Assembly: GCA_021734995.1 (NCBI GenBank)
Contig: JAIPHX010000002.1
Location: forward strand, 16,189-80,188
Source: Minisyncoccota bacterium
GTDB lineage: Bacteria; Patescibacteriota; Minisyncoccia; Phycocordibacterales; UBA9973
Length of the DNA stretch: 64,000 nt
Direction: 5' to 3'
In this document: one piece after another, positions 21,309-30,291 of the stretch
Numbering within the stretch: the stretch's first letter is position 1
How the letters are laid out: every line of letters starts with the position of its first letter
Translations under genes and position numbers: made by a program
The notes under the pieces: generated by a model
Told to the model about the DNA's origin: nothing
What the model saw: only the letters and a program-made list of their open reading frames with translations
Database searches by the model: none

Positions 21309-21983
21309 TTAAGAGATTGCGATATCTATGTTTTTGATACCACTAAAGTCGAGAGGATTTTCTACTTTACTCAAAATAAACAGATTTACATTCCAAATAT
21401 AAGGATTAGCCACAGTAAAGATCGATGACTTTTGTCTGCCTGTAGTTGCAATCTCAATAGCATCAGAGTGCATCTTTATCTCTATAATCTTTGAAAGTGG
21501 TATGACTCGATTTTCCATAGTGCCCCTGAATACGAGCTTTTTGTTTGTAATTATCAAGTCTCCACTTTCTACCGATCTAAGCTCCTGATTGCTCTCAGAT
21601 TGCCCCTTATAGCCTCCCACATGCACACCTTTCATAACTCTGAAGCCAATCCCTAAACCTACTGAATTCCTAATAGATTTTGACTCCATTAAAACAGTGT
21701 TTTCTTTCAAAAAAGCGTACTCATCTTTTTCTAATAAAAGCGAAGTTGAGATAGGTTCGAGTTTCTTTTCTAACTTGATCTTCTCGACCAGATTTCGAGC
21801 CTCATCTTTCTGTTGCTGATCTACTAGCGCCTTGTTTTTAACACTACCTTTCTTCGATCCATACCAGAATAAAACGATACCTGCAATCAAACCGAATACA
21901 CCAAGAGCGGGATCGATGACCGAGGATATCAACCATATACAAACGGCAATAAGTGCCAATTTGGTCTTACTTAAATTTTCCAT
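21309..21983 (-). CDS. Membrane protein with C-terminal PH-like domain
   Basis: Two N-terminal TM helices; G.L.ITNKKLVF.G...IPLSKI pattern. Confidence 0.6.
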   Translation of the reverse strand: MENLSKTKLALIAVCIWLISSVIDPALGVFGLIAGIVLFWYGSKKGSVKNKALVDQQQKDEARNLVEKIKLEKKLEPISTSLLLEKDEYAFLKENTVLMESKSIRNSVGLGIGFRVMKGVHVGGYKGQSESNQELRSVESGDLIITNKKLVFRGTMENRVIPLSKIIEIKMHSDAIEIATTGRQKSSIFTVANPYIWNVNLFILSKVENPLDFSGIKNIDIAIS

Positions 21984-22031
21984 TTTTGTAGCGAGTTTTT
22001 ATTAATAAAATACTTTTGGGCAGACAAAAAG

Positions 22032-22111
22032 CCCGCCGCCAAGCTGATGGTCCGAGGACCACCCATGCCCGTTTCCAGACATGACTCGCTACAAGCAACC
22101 CTGACGACGGG
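22032..22111 (-). ncRNA. Structured c4/CI-like antisense RNA candidate
   Basis: Closing stem plus two hairpins (one with a GAAA loop) and an unpaired segment complementary to flanking repeats. Confidence 0.6.
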
Positions 22112-22210
22112 TTCTTTATCTTGTAGCGAGTTTTGCAACCATATCCTTTTGTGTTTACACAAAAGGGGTTAGGTCGACTGATATTCAGTTGTAATTCTAT
22201 TTTAACATAA

Positions 22211-22564
22211 TTACGACCAAATTCTATCGGTAAGTTCTTGCGTTAATATACCTAAACTTGTACCAGTAGTATCAACAACATTTATAACAATCATGTCAAA
22301 AACAAATTTACCAGTATCATTAGTAATCAATTCAACATAGAAAACGAGATCATAAACTTCTGGCAGATTACGAGAGTAGGTTTTCCCGTCCAGTTTAGTT
22401 TTTATTTGTATAAACTTTATGTTTCTTCCTTTAATCGCAATTAAATCATTACCACTATCTTTTATTGGTGGCGCGGCTTGAATACCAAACTCAAGAAGCT
22501 GTAACTGTGAGAATATTTCTCCTATTGCTCCCACGTATGTTGTTTTTGGTAGAGGATTTCCCAT
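22211..22564 (-). CDS. Small PD-(D/E)XK nuclease
   Basis: GAIGE, GNDLIA..KFIQIKT motif. Confidence 0.7.
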   Translation of the reverse strand: MGNPLPKTTYVGAIGEIFSQLQLLEFGIQAAPPIKDSGNDLIAIKGRNIKFIQIKTKLDGKTYSRNLPEVYDLVFYVELITNDTGKFVFDMIVINVVDTTGTSLGILTQELTDRIWS

Positions 22565-22582
22565 ATGTATTAAAGGAACTTT

Positions 22583-24328
22583 TTACTTATCGTAGTCAAC
22601 TTCAATATCAAGACCGAGCAATTTCTCTTCTGGTGAGCCATCCTTTAGGGCAAGAACTTCTTTACTTTCAATATATTTGATCTCGTCTGCTGAAAGATAT
22701 TCTTGGTTCTTAATTTGATCCAAAAAGTCTTGGTTGATTGTGAGAATATACTGAAGATTATTTTCCTCACAAATCTCAGAAACAAGTTTTAGGAATACTG
22801 CGACTTGTCTAGCATCTGTGTCACTAAGAATACGGCTGTCATGCGCCAAGAACTTTATGCCATGATTTGTCCCACCCATAACAAAAATAGTTAGATCGAA
22901 GCAAAGCATCTTTACACCAGCTATTCCATCCGAACTGTCATATTTGATGCGAGCATCCAGGTCAAATTGAGTTTGGTTATCTTTTGTATTTTCTTTAACG
23001 GTAATACCTGCGGTGGAAGATGGATAAAATGTTTCAGAAAGTTTAGTAAAGAAAGCATTATTTTTTTCATTCAAAGTGTCAACACTCAGCTTATAATCCA
23101 GCGCTTCTTTTTCTGCTTCTGCTCTTTCGATTTTAATTTCACTCTTTCTTTTCTTATTGTGATCAATGAGATTTTTGTACCTCTGTAATGACTCTAGTTC
23201 TTCTTGGGCTTGAGTTTTTTGTTGCACCAAAACAGAATAATCTTCCAGGGCACCGCCACTTCCTAACATACGAAGATAATCATCAAGCTCTTTATTTTTT
23301 AAAGAAAGACTGCCTTTTATCTTTTTTATTTGAGGTAATAATTCCGCTTTCTGTTTATTGAGTTGAGTAACTCGTTTGGTAGTTATTTGATTATGGAAAG
23401 ATAGAGTGTCTTTCAGGTTTTTCTTTAAAAGTTCAGGAAATTCAACAGATACTTTCTTGTACGCTAAAAGTACCTGATTTTTTTCAAGATCAAGTGGTAC
23501 AGCATTTTCAATTGTCTTATTTATATTTTGTAATCTCTTTTCAAGAATGAGTAATTCATTGATCAATGATTTTCGCTGATAGGATACCTGATCAGCTTCA
23601 CTTTGAATTTGTCTATTATTTTCTGCAATTTCATAATTCTTCAATCCGTTTTCAGCATCTTTAATCTTCACTCTGAGCTCTCTGAGTGCAATATCGACAT
23701 CGCTGTATTTAAGGAGAATACTCCTTACCTCATTGTCTTTATCAAGGGCATCTAAAACCACCTTTATCTTGTCAGCTTCTTCTTTAAGAACTTTCTTTTT
23801 AACTAAGTAATCAATATCAAAACCCAATAAATAGAAATTATTTATCAATTTCTGAAAAGGTTTTTCTCTTAAAAATACAGTATCCCAACTTACATAGCTT
23901 TGTTTCTTGGCACGCAAAAACCTATTCATTATTGTGCGGTAGCTGATATAAGGGTACTTACCTAGGTCAATATTAAAAAGCATCTCCTCCATTCTTTTAT
24001 TAAAAAGATCGAGTGATAATTCTTCTTCATTTAAATAAACTCTGTTTGTTTCCTCAGCAGGTCTTCGAACGGTGTAAGTCTTTCCGTCGTGTTCAAAATC
24101 AAGATAAAAGACCCAACCTTTTAGGCTATTTTTAAAAGCGTTATTATCTGATCCAAGACAAAAATCTATTATTGAGAGAAGAAGACTTTTACCTACTCCA
24201 TTAAAAGTTTTAGTGGTTGATTTGTCTTTGGGGTCTTTTTTTCCACCAAAAATAATATTCAAACTATCCGTTTTGAAGATGACGGTCTTAAATGTATCTT
24301 TGTTTGAATAAACTTTTAATAATTGCAT
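22583..24328 (-). CDS. lmuB: Lamassu/ABC-3C SMC-like ATPase (DUF2326)
   Basis: Walker A NGVGKS, long coiled coil, SSDG signature, CFDL, FLAHDS, QYILTIN. Confidence 0.88.
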   Translation of the reverse strand: MQLLKVYSNKDTFKTVIFKTDSLNIIFGGKKDPKDKSTTKTFNGVGKSLLLSIIDFCLGSDNNAFKNSLKGWVFYLDFEHDGKTYTVRRPAEETNRVYLNEEELSLDLFNKRMEEMLFNIDLGKYPYISYRTIMNRFLRAKKQSYVSWDTVFLREKPFQKLINNFYLLGFDIDYLVKKKVLKEEADKIKVVLDALDKDNEVRSILLKYSDVDIALRELRVKIKDAENGLKNYEIAENNRQIQSEADQVSYQRKSLINELLILEKRLQNINKTIENAVPLDLEKNQVLLAYKKVSVEFPELLKKNLKDTLSFHNQITTKRVTQLNKQKAELLPQIKKIKGSLSLKNKELDDYLRMLGSGGALEDYSVLVQQKTQAQEELESLQRYKNLIDHNKKRKSEIKIERAEAEKEALDYKLSVDTLNEKNNAFFTKLSETFYPSSTAGITVKENTKDNQTQFDLDARIKYDSSDGIAGVKMLCFDLTIFVMGGTNHGIKFLAHDSRILSDTDARQVAVFLKLVSEICEENNLQYILTINQDFLDQIKNQEYLSADEIKYIESKEVLALKDGSPEEKLLGLDIEVDYDK

Positions 24329-24567
24329 AAATGTAAATTGAAATTCTTATCGACCTCTACTGCACCAAAAGAATAGAGTAAGTCTAAGGCTAAAACAAAA
24401 TTTTGATGATTGTGGTAACTTGGACAGCGTTTAGTATTGTTGACAGCACTAAACTTTACCCAAAGCCCTTCAATTGAAACTGGTTTATCCAGTAATTCAA
24501 TAAGAACCCCAGAAAGTCCGAATATTGAGTCGTATAAACTAACATGTTTTGATGGAAAAATTATCAT
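24316..24567 (-). CDS. lmuC: Lamassu/ABC-3C middle component
   Basis: 83 aa, P.KHV..S, FVLALDLLYSFGAV; overlaps both neighbours. Confidence 0.8.
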   Translation of the reverse strand: MIIFPSKHVSLYDSIFGLSGVLIELLDKPVSIEGLWVKFSAVNNTKRCPSYHNHQNFVLALDLLYSFGAVEVDKNFNLHLCNY

Positions 24568-25499
24568 TTTGGTTCTTTGTATATATCACAACTTTCAAAG
24601 TAAAGCGCCATGAGGCTCAGTGCCGCTTTTCTTATCGCTGGCTCCATCATGCTATGAGATGAACTGCAGGTAAGAATGTCAAAAAATATATTGTCGGAAC
24701 ACTCCTCGTCTGCAGGCTCTCCATATTTTTTGACTGCTGAATTATATAGATGAGTAAATTTCTCTTGCAGTTCTTGTTTCAGCTCTTTATCGTCTATTTC
24801 TGAGAAATATTTTTCTACCTCTGATATGTTTTCATAATGCTTCTTCAGCATTTCGGTTGAGGATGCACTTAGGTGGTTAAATGCAATTTTTTCTTCGAAA
24901 TCAGGTGCGATAAGCTTGGCGCTTACATCATCAGGAATTTCCAATGATTTAAGATGTTCAGCAACAATATTCAGAGACTCGTAACTTAGTATTGTCTCGT
25001 CTGAATTTAAATGCAAAATTTCATCTTGTTTTTCTGGAGATAACTCTCTAAACATTCTTTGCAGATCATCAGCGTTGAATAGGTGAAATTTGATCTCAGA
25101 ATACTTTTTAGTTTTTTGAAGTTTGCTTAAAGCGCTACGTAGATCAGGATAAGCACCCTGAAACTTATCGTTAAAAGCAAAATAGAATTCCTTTATCGGA
25201 TCAATATCATTCCAAAACTTGTAAAGACCACCGAAGTCAGTGATCATTTTCTCTACCGCTTTTTGAGCGTTCTCTTTGGGATTTTCTGGGGAATAAACTT
25301 GATAAAAAATCCCTTCACCTTCTCTGTAGCCATCATTCTTCTTATCTCCCTTTGAGCCTTGTGGTTTAACCTTTTTAAAATTAGTGAAAGCAGAAGTAGC
25401 AACCTTCCAGAATAAATCCTGAAATGCTTGGGCATTGGCTTCGGTGATTAAGCCTCTCAAAATTTTTCCTGATATACGTTGATATTCAATCTGGTTCAT
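24564..25499 (-). CDS. lmuA: Lamassu/ABC-3C effector (restriction-like nuclease + CTD)
   Basis: GDKKNDG..FYQVYSP nuclease motif; C-terminal YFESCDIY. Confidence 0.82.
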   Translation of the reverse strand: MNQIEYQRISGKILRGLITEANAQAFQDLFWKVATSAFTNFKKVKPQGSKGDKKNDGYREGEGIFYQVYSPENPKENAQKAVEKMITDFGGLYKFWNDIDPIKEFYFAFNDKFQGAYPDLRSALSKLQKTKKYSEIKFHLFNADDLQRMFRELSPEKQDEILHLNSDETILSYESLNIVAEHLKSLEIPDDVSAKLIAPDFEEKIAFNHLSASSTEMLKKHYENISEVEKYFSEIDDKELKQELQEKFTHLYNSAVKKYGEPADEECSDNIFFDILTCSSSHSMMEPAIRKAALSLMALYFESCDIYKEPK

Positions 25500-25852
25500 G
25501 CTCTTACTATTTTATCAGAAAGTAACATACAAAGAAATGCTTTGAACAGTTGATTGAGTACTTTTTAAATCAACGAACTAGTAAGAGTAACTTGTTCGTA
25601 TTCTCTATATGAAATCCAAGGTCGCTATACAACCCAGCCCAGTCAAAAGTTCGAAATCATACCTCCAGACGAGTAAAGACTCAATACTCAACCTTATATT
25701 CAATACTAGGATTGTGCCTATTAATTAAAAATTAATTATTGTAAAACAACATTTAAATTAGCGTTCTGTGGATCATTAAAATATTGATACCACTGATACA
25801 TAAAGCTTTTTATAGAGTTCAGTAGATTTCGGCTCATCTCCACATCGCTCTG

Positions 25853-25878
25853 AAAAACTGCCTTAATGGCAGTTTTTT
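25853..25878 (+). terminator. Terminator displaced from ssrA by the island
   Basis: AAAAACTGCC-TTAAT-GGCAGTTTTTT immediately after the right att repeat. Confidence 0.7.
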
Positions 25879-25899
25879 GGTGCGACTGTGGTGCACAAG

Positions 25900-25996
25900 T
25901 GGGAAATTGAATAGCCGGAGCGCGACGGCGCGAGGCGGGGTCGCGGGTTTTGCCAGTAGGCAAAAACCTGTGACTCATATTTCCCCCATCTCCACA
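25900..25996 (+). repeat. tmRNA-3'-linked GC-rich repeat element
   Basis: Inverted copy of the tmRNA T-arm (GGGAAATTGAAT), GC-rich core, then an 18-bp direct copy ATTTCCCCCATCTCCACA (25979-25996 = 18422-18439). Confidence 0.7.
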
Positions 25997-26002
25997 AACA
26001 AC

Positions 26003-26548
26003 TTACCCAGAACAAGGTATCTCTGTATAAAGTATTTCTATTGGAAAACTTTCTCCTTGACCATTATCTGTAACCGAATCATCAATACGGAGTGTATTTG
26101 TTGAAAAATCTTCTTTATAAGAGTAACGCAATTCTGTTAAAGTTTTGTCTTTTAAAAAATATCTTTCTTCTTGATTGTTCCCACCTCCATCAAAAATAGT
26201 TATCGCTGTGATTGCATTAATCATACCATCATCAGATATTATTCCCTCTATTAGTCCTTTATATCCCACACTGTATTCTTGGGTTTGATTATATCCAGTT
26301 TTGATCCCTGTTATTTTAGAATCACTAACAATTAACTCTATGTTCCTTTTATCAATGATCTCAGAATCATCTTTAGAATATCCAAAACAATAAGTTCCAT
26401 TAGATATACGAAGTGGCTGGCTTGGTTTATTTTCATCAACAATTACTGGATCATCAAGTGAATCAAATTTTTTACCTTTATTAAAATAAAAATAACTAGT
26501 TACTCCTAGTAATAATAAAATAATTGTAAAAATTAGTATTTTTTTCAT
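26003..26548 (-). CDS. Hypothetical membrane-anchored/secreted protein
   Basis: 181-aa ORF with an N-terminal hydrophobic segment. Confidence 0.7.
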   Translation of the reverse strand: MKKILIFTIILLLLGVTSYFYFNKGKKFDSLDDPVIVDENKPSQPLRISNGTYCFGYSKDDSEIIDKRNIELIVSDSKITGIKTGYNQTQEYSVGYKGLIEGIISDDGMINAITAITIFDGGGNNQEERYFLKDKTLTELRYSYKEDFSTNTLRIDDSVTDNGQGESFPIEILYTEIPCSG

Positions 26549-26615
26549 ATAAACCCATTGTACCTATTTATTTGATATACTACTATACCATTTTATTTAT
26601 TACATCCCCCTTTCT

Positions 26616-27104
26616 TTACCTCCTAAACCCTCCTCCTACTGGATGTATGTTACCCTTTTGAATATAGCTATTCATCATTCCTTTCATGGGACCACGATGC
26701 ATTAAAGTATTATTCAAACCAATAGCATCAATGGTAAAACCCGCCACTATCACAGCAAGAGTGAAAAATAAAATCACCACCCAAGGTTTTAATTTATAAG
26801 AAAAGTCATATCTCCGAATAAGCCAAATACCCAGAGCTAATCCCACTATTGCAAACACTATTGTCCACCAAGGAAAAGAAGAGAGCATTTGCTCCAAACG
26901 ATACTCTGCCCTCCACCCATTATTTGTTCGCAAAAAAAATCTAGTCAATCCTACCAAAAAGACAGAAACAAAAATAGTAAAAACTAAACCAAAAAAGGTA
27001 AGGATAGAACCCGCAATAAAATACATTTTGGGTTTCATTTTAACCTTCCCTGCTTTGATTTGAGTCATTACACTCTCTGTAATATTTTTTACTTCTTCTG
27101 ACAT
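26616..27104 (-). CDS. Membrane protein, putative anti-sigma factor
   Basis: Three TM helices; overlaps the sigma gene end. Confidence 0.6.
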   Translation of the reverse strand: MSEEVKNITESVMTQIKAGKVKMKPKMYFIAGSILTFFGLVFTIFVSVFLVGLTRFFLRTNNGWRAEYRLEQMLSSFPWWTIVFAIVGLALGIWLIRRYDFSYKLKPWVVILFFTLAVIVAGFTIDAIGLNNTLMHRGPMKGMMNSYIQKGNIHPVGGGFRR

Positions 27105-27631
27105 ATCTTTTTTATTATTTTTTTAGCTCTACTAATACGAGTAGCGACCGTCCCCATAGGAATTCGCAAGATATCACTTATCTCTTCATATGATTTTTCA
27201 TCAATATAATACAACGAAAGAGGCTCCGAATACAAAATAGGCATTTCCCCCAAACACTTCCGCACCATCTCAGCTATTTCTTTTTTCCCAAAATTATCTT
27301 CAAGGTTTTCTTCACTTCTAAAATCCCAATCATCTTCTAAAAGAATTTCTTTTTTTTCTCTTTTTAAAACATTTAACATTTGATTATGGGCGATTCGATA
27401 AATCCAGCTAGAAAATTTTTTCTCTAAATCAAAGCTTTGCAGATTGATAAAAGCTTTTATGAAAGACTCTTGTACAATATCTATCGCTTTTTGTTCATCT
27501 TTTGTTAATCCAAAAGCATAACGCATTAATTTTTTCTGATATCTCTCTATTAAAAGAGCATACAAAGATTGATCAGATGTTCTGACTTTTTCAACAATCT
27601 CTTCATCTGATAATTTTTCACTTTCATTCAT
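27089..27631 (-). CDS. ECF RNA polymerase sigma factor
   Basis: DIVQESFIKA, FSSWIYRIAHN, SYEEISDILRIPMGTVATRISRAK. Confidence 0.92.
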   Translation of the reverse strand: MNESEKLSDEEIVEKVRTSDQSLYALLIERYQKKLMRYAFGLTKDEQKAIDIVQESFIKAFINLQSFDLEKKFSSWIYRIAHNQMLNVLKREKKEILLEDDWDFRSEENLEDNFGKKEIAEMVRKCLGEMPILYSEPLSLYYIDEKSYEEISDILRIPMGTVATRISRAKKIIKKICQKK

Positions 27632-27708
27632 ATTTAAATAATAACAAGAATAAACAAAGAACACACCAACCTGAGAATTTAAACAAAGATTGATGTGCTA
27701 TTTGTAAT

Positions 27709-28122
27709 TTAACGATTCATTCCACCTCTATGCATTCCACCTCTATTCATTCCTTTGTAAGATGAACCTTTCCTGTCTTCATTGAAAGAATTTCTCATTC
27801 CAAGACCAAGATCCTGTCTAATCTTTTGAGCCCCTACAAAATCTCCTTTTTCTGCTAGATTGTGAGCCTCAGCAAATTTTGCAAAATTATCTTGAGTGAT
27901 AACTTCCAAAACTCTACCCCTCCCTTCCATTAAATTTTTCCAAGCAGTATAGTCATTTGTTTCAAAAGCTTTTTCCATTGCAGTATGACGCTCAACAGAA
28001 TAGTTGGGTCCGTTTACAGAAGGATTCATCATATAAGCAGATGCTTGACTGGCTAGTATTCCATAAACCCCTAGAAATAAGGCAAATGATCCTAAGGCTA
28101 TCATCGTATTTTTTTTACTCAT
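27709..28122 (-). CDS. Secreted hypothetical protein
   Basis: Signal peptide (ASA cleavage site), Gly/Met-rich tail; upstream of the ECF sigma. Confidence 0.7.
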   Translation of the reverse strand: MSKKNTMIALGSFALFLGVYGILASQASAYMMNPSVNGPNYSVERHTAMEKAFETNDYTAWKNLMEGRGRVLEVITQDNFAKFAEAHNLAEKGDFVGAQKIRQDLGLGMRNSFNEDRKGSSYKGMNRGGMHRGGMNR

Positions 28123-28372
28123 ATATTTTTAATTAATTTTTAATATACCCAATCGACCCATCTATAAGTAATACAAACAAAGCGTCCTTTTTCTTTCATT
28201 TCTTCTTTTATCCCCAAGAATCAAACAATCCACACACAAAATACTTTTAAAAAGAAGTACTGAGAGAGGTTTATTTTTCAAACACTCATCCCCTAATCTA
28301 TTATATTTTTCACCCCACAAGGCTAAAACTGTACAGTTTGTTTTTTAATCAAAAAAGAATAATATATAAACC

Positions 28373-29017
28373 ATGAGAACTAATGCCTATGTTGATGCGT
28401 CTAACCTATTTTACGGAGGGAAAAAATCTCTAGGGTGGAGTATCGATTATAAAAAATTATACAAATATCTTGAGAATAAATACGACGTAACCGAAGTCTA
28501 TTTTTTTGGTGGCGTAGAGATTTATAAATTCCCCTTTGATTATATTACGGATGATTCTGTTCCTATAAAGGATCTAGAAAAATATCTTGCTAAACTGATT
28601 GAAGAAAAGGGCGCGTTTTTGAGTTAGGTAGAACTTAAATTACTGGACAGGCATTTAAAACGAGTTCGCTTTTATCTTACGATTGAGAAGTTTGGGTATA
28701 AAATGATTTTAAAACCAGTTAAAACTTTCTTTGATTCAGAAGGTTTACCTAGCAGAAAAGCTAATTGTGATGTCGACATGGCTTTCTTTTTGATGCGAGA
28801 CAGAAAGTCATATAATCGTGCAGTCATTCTTTCAGGTGATGGGGATTTCTTGCCTGTATTAAAATATTTACGAGAAGAAGACAAAAAAGAAATCTTTATA
28901 CTTGCTCACGCATCAAGAACAGCAAAAGAGATAAAAAAATTCGCTTCTGATAAATTCCTAGATTTCACCTATTTGAGAGAACGCTTAAAGCGTATAGATA
29001 AAAGAGAAACCATCTAA
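28373..29017 (+). pseudogene. NYN (PIN-like) domain protein with one in-frame TAG
   Basis: YVDASNL..KANCDVDM..LSGDGDF; the two ORFs share a frame, split only by TAG at 28625-28627. Confidence 0.85.
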
Positions 29018-29199
29018 ACAGCGAAAGGCACCCATTTAGGATGCCTTTCAGGTCTGATATAATCAGTATAACAAATTACTCTTGAGAGTCAATACCAAGT
29101 TGTAGACATTGACTTTAATTCCAAAATAAGTTAGACTTCATATTGTTGAATTCCTCCTGAAACTTATAAATTATACCTTCAGGGAGTTTTTATTTACAA

Positions 29200-29706
29200 T
29201 TGCGAGAACGAATAAACAACCAAATAAGAGCTAAAGAACTACGAGTAATAGGTAGCGGAAATGAAAACCTTGGTGTTTTAAGCCTTAATGAAGCACTTGC
29301 AATAGCCGAAGAACAGGGTTTGGACTTGATAGAGATATCACCAAATGCACTTCCTCCGGTAGCGAAAATAATGGAATTCGGCAAACATCAATACGAGACT
29401 AGCAAAAAACAAAAAAAAGCTAGAGCTGGTAGTAAGCCCACAGAGACAAAGTCCATTCAAATAAAAATAGGTACAGGAGAGCATGATTTGAGTCTAAAGG
29501 CAAAAACTGCTTCCAAGTGGCTTAATGAAGGACATAGAATCAAAATTGAACTTTTCTTGGTAGGTAGAAGTAAGTTTATGGATGAAAAATTTCTACAAGA
29601 AAGATTAGATAGGGTTTTAAAACTAATAACTGAAAACTACAAAGTAGCTGAAGGTTATAAAAGAGGACCAAAAGGTTTAACAATTACAATAGAAAAAGCA
29701 AAATAA
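29200..29706 (+). CDS. infC: Translation initiation factor IF-3
   Basis: RINNQIRAKELRVI, LDLIEISPNALPPVAKI; non-ATG start. Confidence 0.95.
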   Translation: MRERINNQIRAKELRVIGSGNENLGVLSLNEALAIAEEQGLDLIEISPNALPPVAKIMEFGKHQYETSKKQKKARAGSKPTETKSIQIKIGTGEHDLSLKAKTASKWLNEGHRIKIELFLVGRSKFMDEKFLQERLDRVLKLITENYKVAEGYKRGPKGLTITIEKAK

Positions 29707-29891
29707 TGAAAACAAATAAATCATTTTCAAAAAGATTAAAGGTAACTCGTACAGGCAAGATCATATCTCGAAAGCCAGGTTTTAACCATTTCAACGCAAA
29801 ACAATCCCGCTCTACCCAGCTTGCGGGCAGAAAAGGAAAAGCATTCGTTATTAGCAACAAGTCAAAAAGTCATTTATTACCATTTGCATAA
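29706..29891 (+). CDS. rpmI: 50S ribosomal protein L35
   Basis: MKTNKSFSKRLKVTRTGKI; infC operon order. Confidence 0.93.
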   Translation: MKTNKSFSKRLKVTRTGKIISRKPGFNHFNAKQSRSTQLAGRKGKAFVISNKSKSHLLPFA

Positions 29892-29901
29892 ATAAAAAGT
29901 C

Positions 29902-30246
29902 ATGACAAGAGTAAAAAAAGGAGTACACGCTCTAAAAAGAAGAAAAAGTGTTTTAAAACAAACTAAAGGATTCCGCCACGGAAGAAGTACCAAGGAACGC
30001 CAAGCAAAAGATGCATTACTGCATGCAGGAGCTTATGCTTTCGCTCACCGAAGAGACAAAAAGTCACACAATAGAACTCTTTGGAACATAAAAATAAACG
30101 CATCCGCAAGAGAAAATGGCTTTAGCTACTCAAAGCTTATCAGTGCTTTAAAAAAGAAAAACATAGAGTTAGATAGAAAAATTTTATCTGATTTTGCTGA
30201 AAACAACCCAAACACCTTTGCGGAAGTTTTAAAAGCTGTAAAATAA
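29902..30246 (+). CDS. rplT: 50S ribosomal protein L20
   Basis: MTRVKKG, LWNIKINA, ELDRKILSD. Confidence 0.96.
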   Translation: MTRVKKGVHALKRRKSVLKQTKGFRHGRSTKERQAKDALLHAGAYAFAHRRDKKSHNRTLWNIKINASARENGFSYSKLISALKKKNIELDRKILSDFAENNPNTFAEVLKAVK

Positions 30247-30252
30247 TACCCC

Positions 30253-30285
30253 AAAAACATCCGTATACTAAAAACGGATGTTTTT
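30253..30285 (+). terminator. Intrinsic terminator after rplT
   Basis: AAAAACATCCGT...ACGGATGTTTTT. Confidence 0.8.
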
Positions 30286-30291
30286 ATTTAT

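Larger units (their letters stand above)
18430..25846. mobile_element. Integrative element/defence island inserted at the tmRNA 3' end
   Basis: 12-bp direct repeat CATCTCCACATC at 18430-18441 and 25835-25846; serine recombinase at the left end; terminator-like hairpin just outside the right repeat. Confidence 0.85.

Noticed and set aside
21090-21428. 112-aa Phe-rich plus-strand ORF
   Set aside because: By-product of the T-rich repeat array; overlaps a real gene on the other strand.
25736-25978. 80-aa ORF as a standalone gene
   Set aside because: It spans the att junction; only its 3' part is meaningful, as the attP-form integrase tail.
28625-28627. Stop-codon reassignment
   Set aside because: Single case; TAG terminates other genes (e.g. 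7780, 10152) and conserved genes show no internal stops.
29140-29195. L20 leader riboregulator upstream of infC
   Set aside because: A hairpin (CTCCTGAA..TTCAGGGAG) is present, but I cannot verify the L20-leader consensus by eye.
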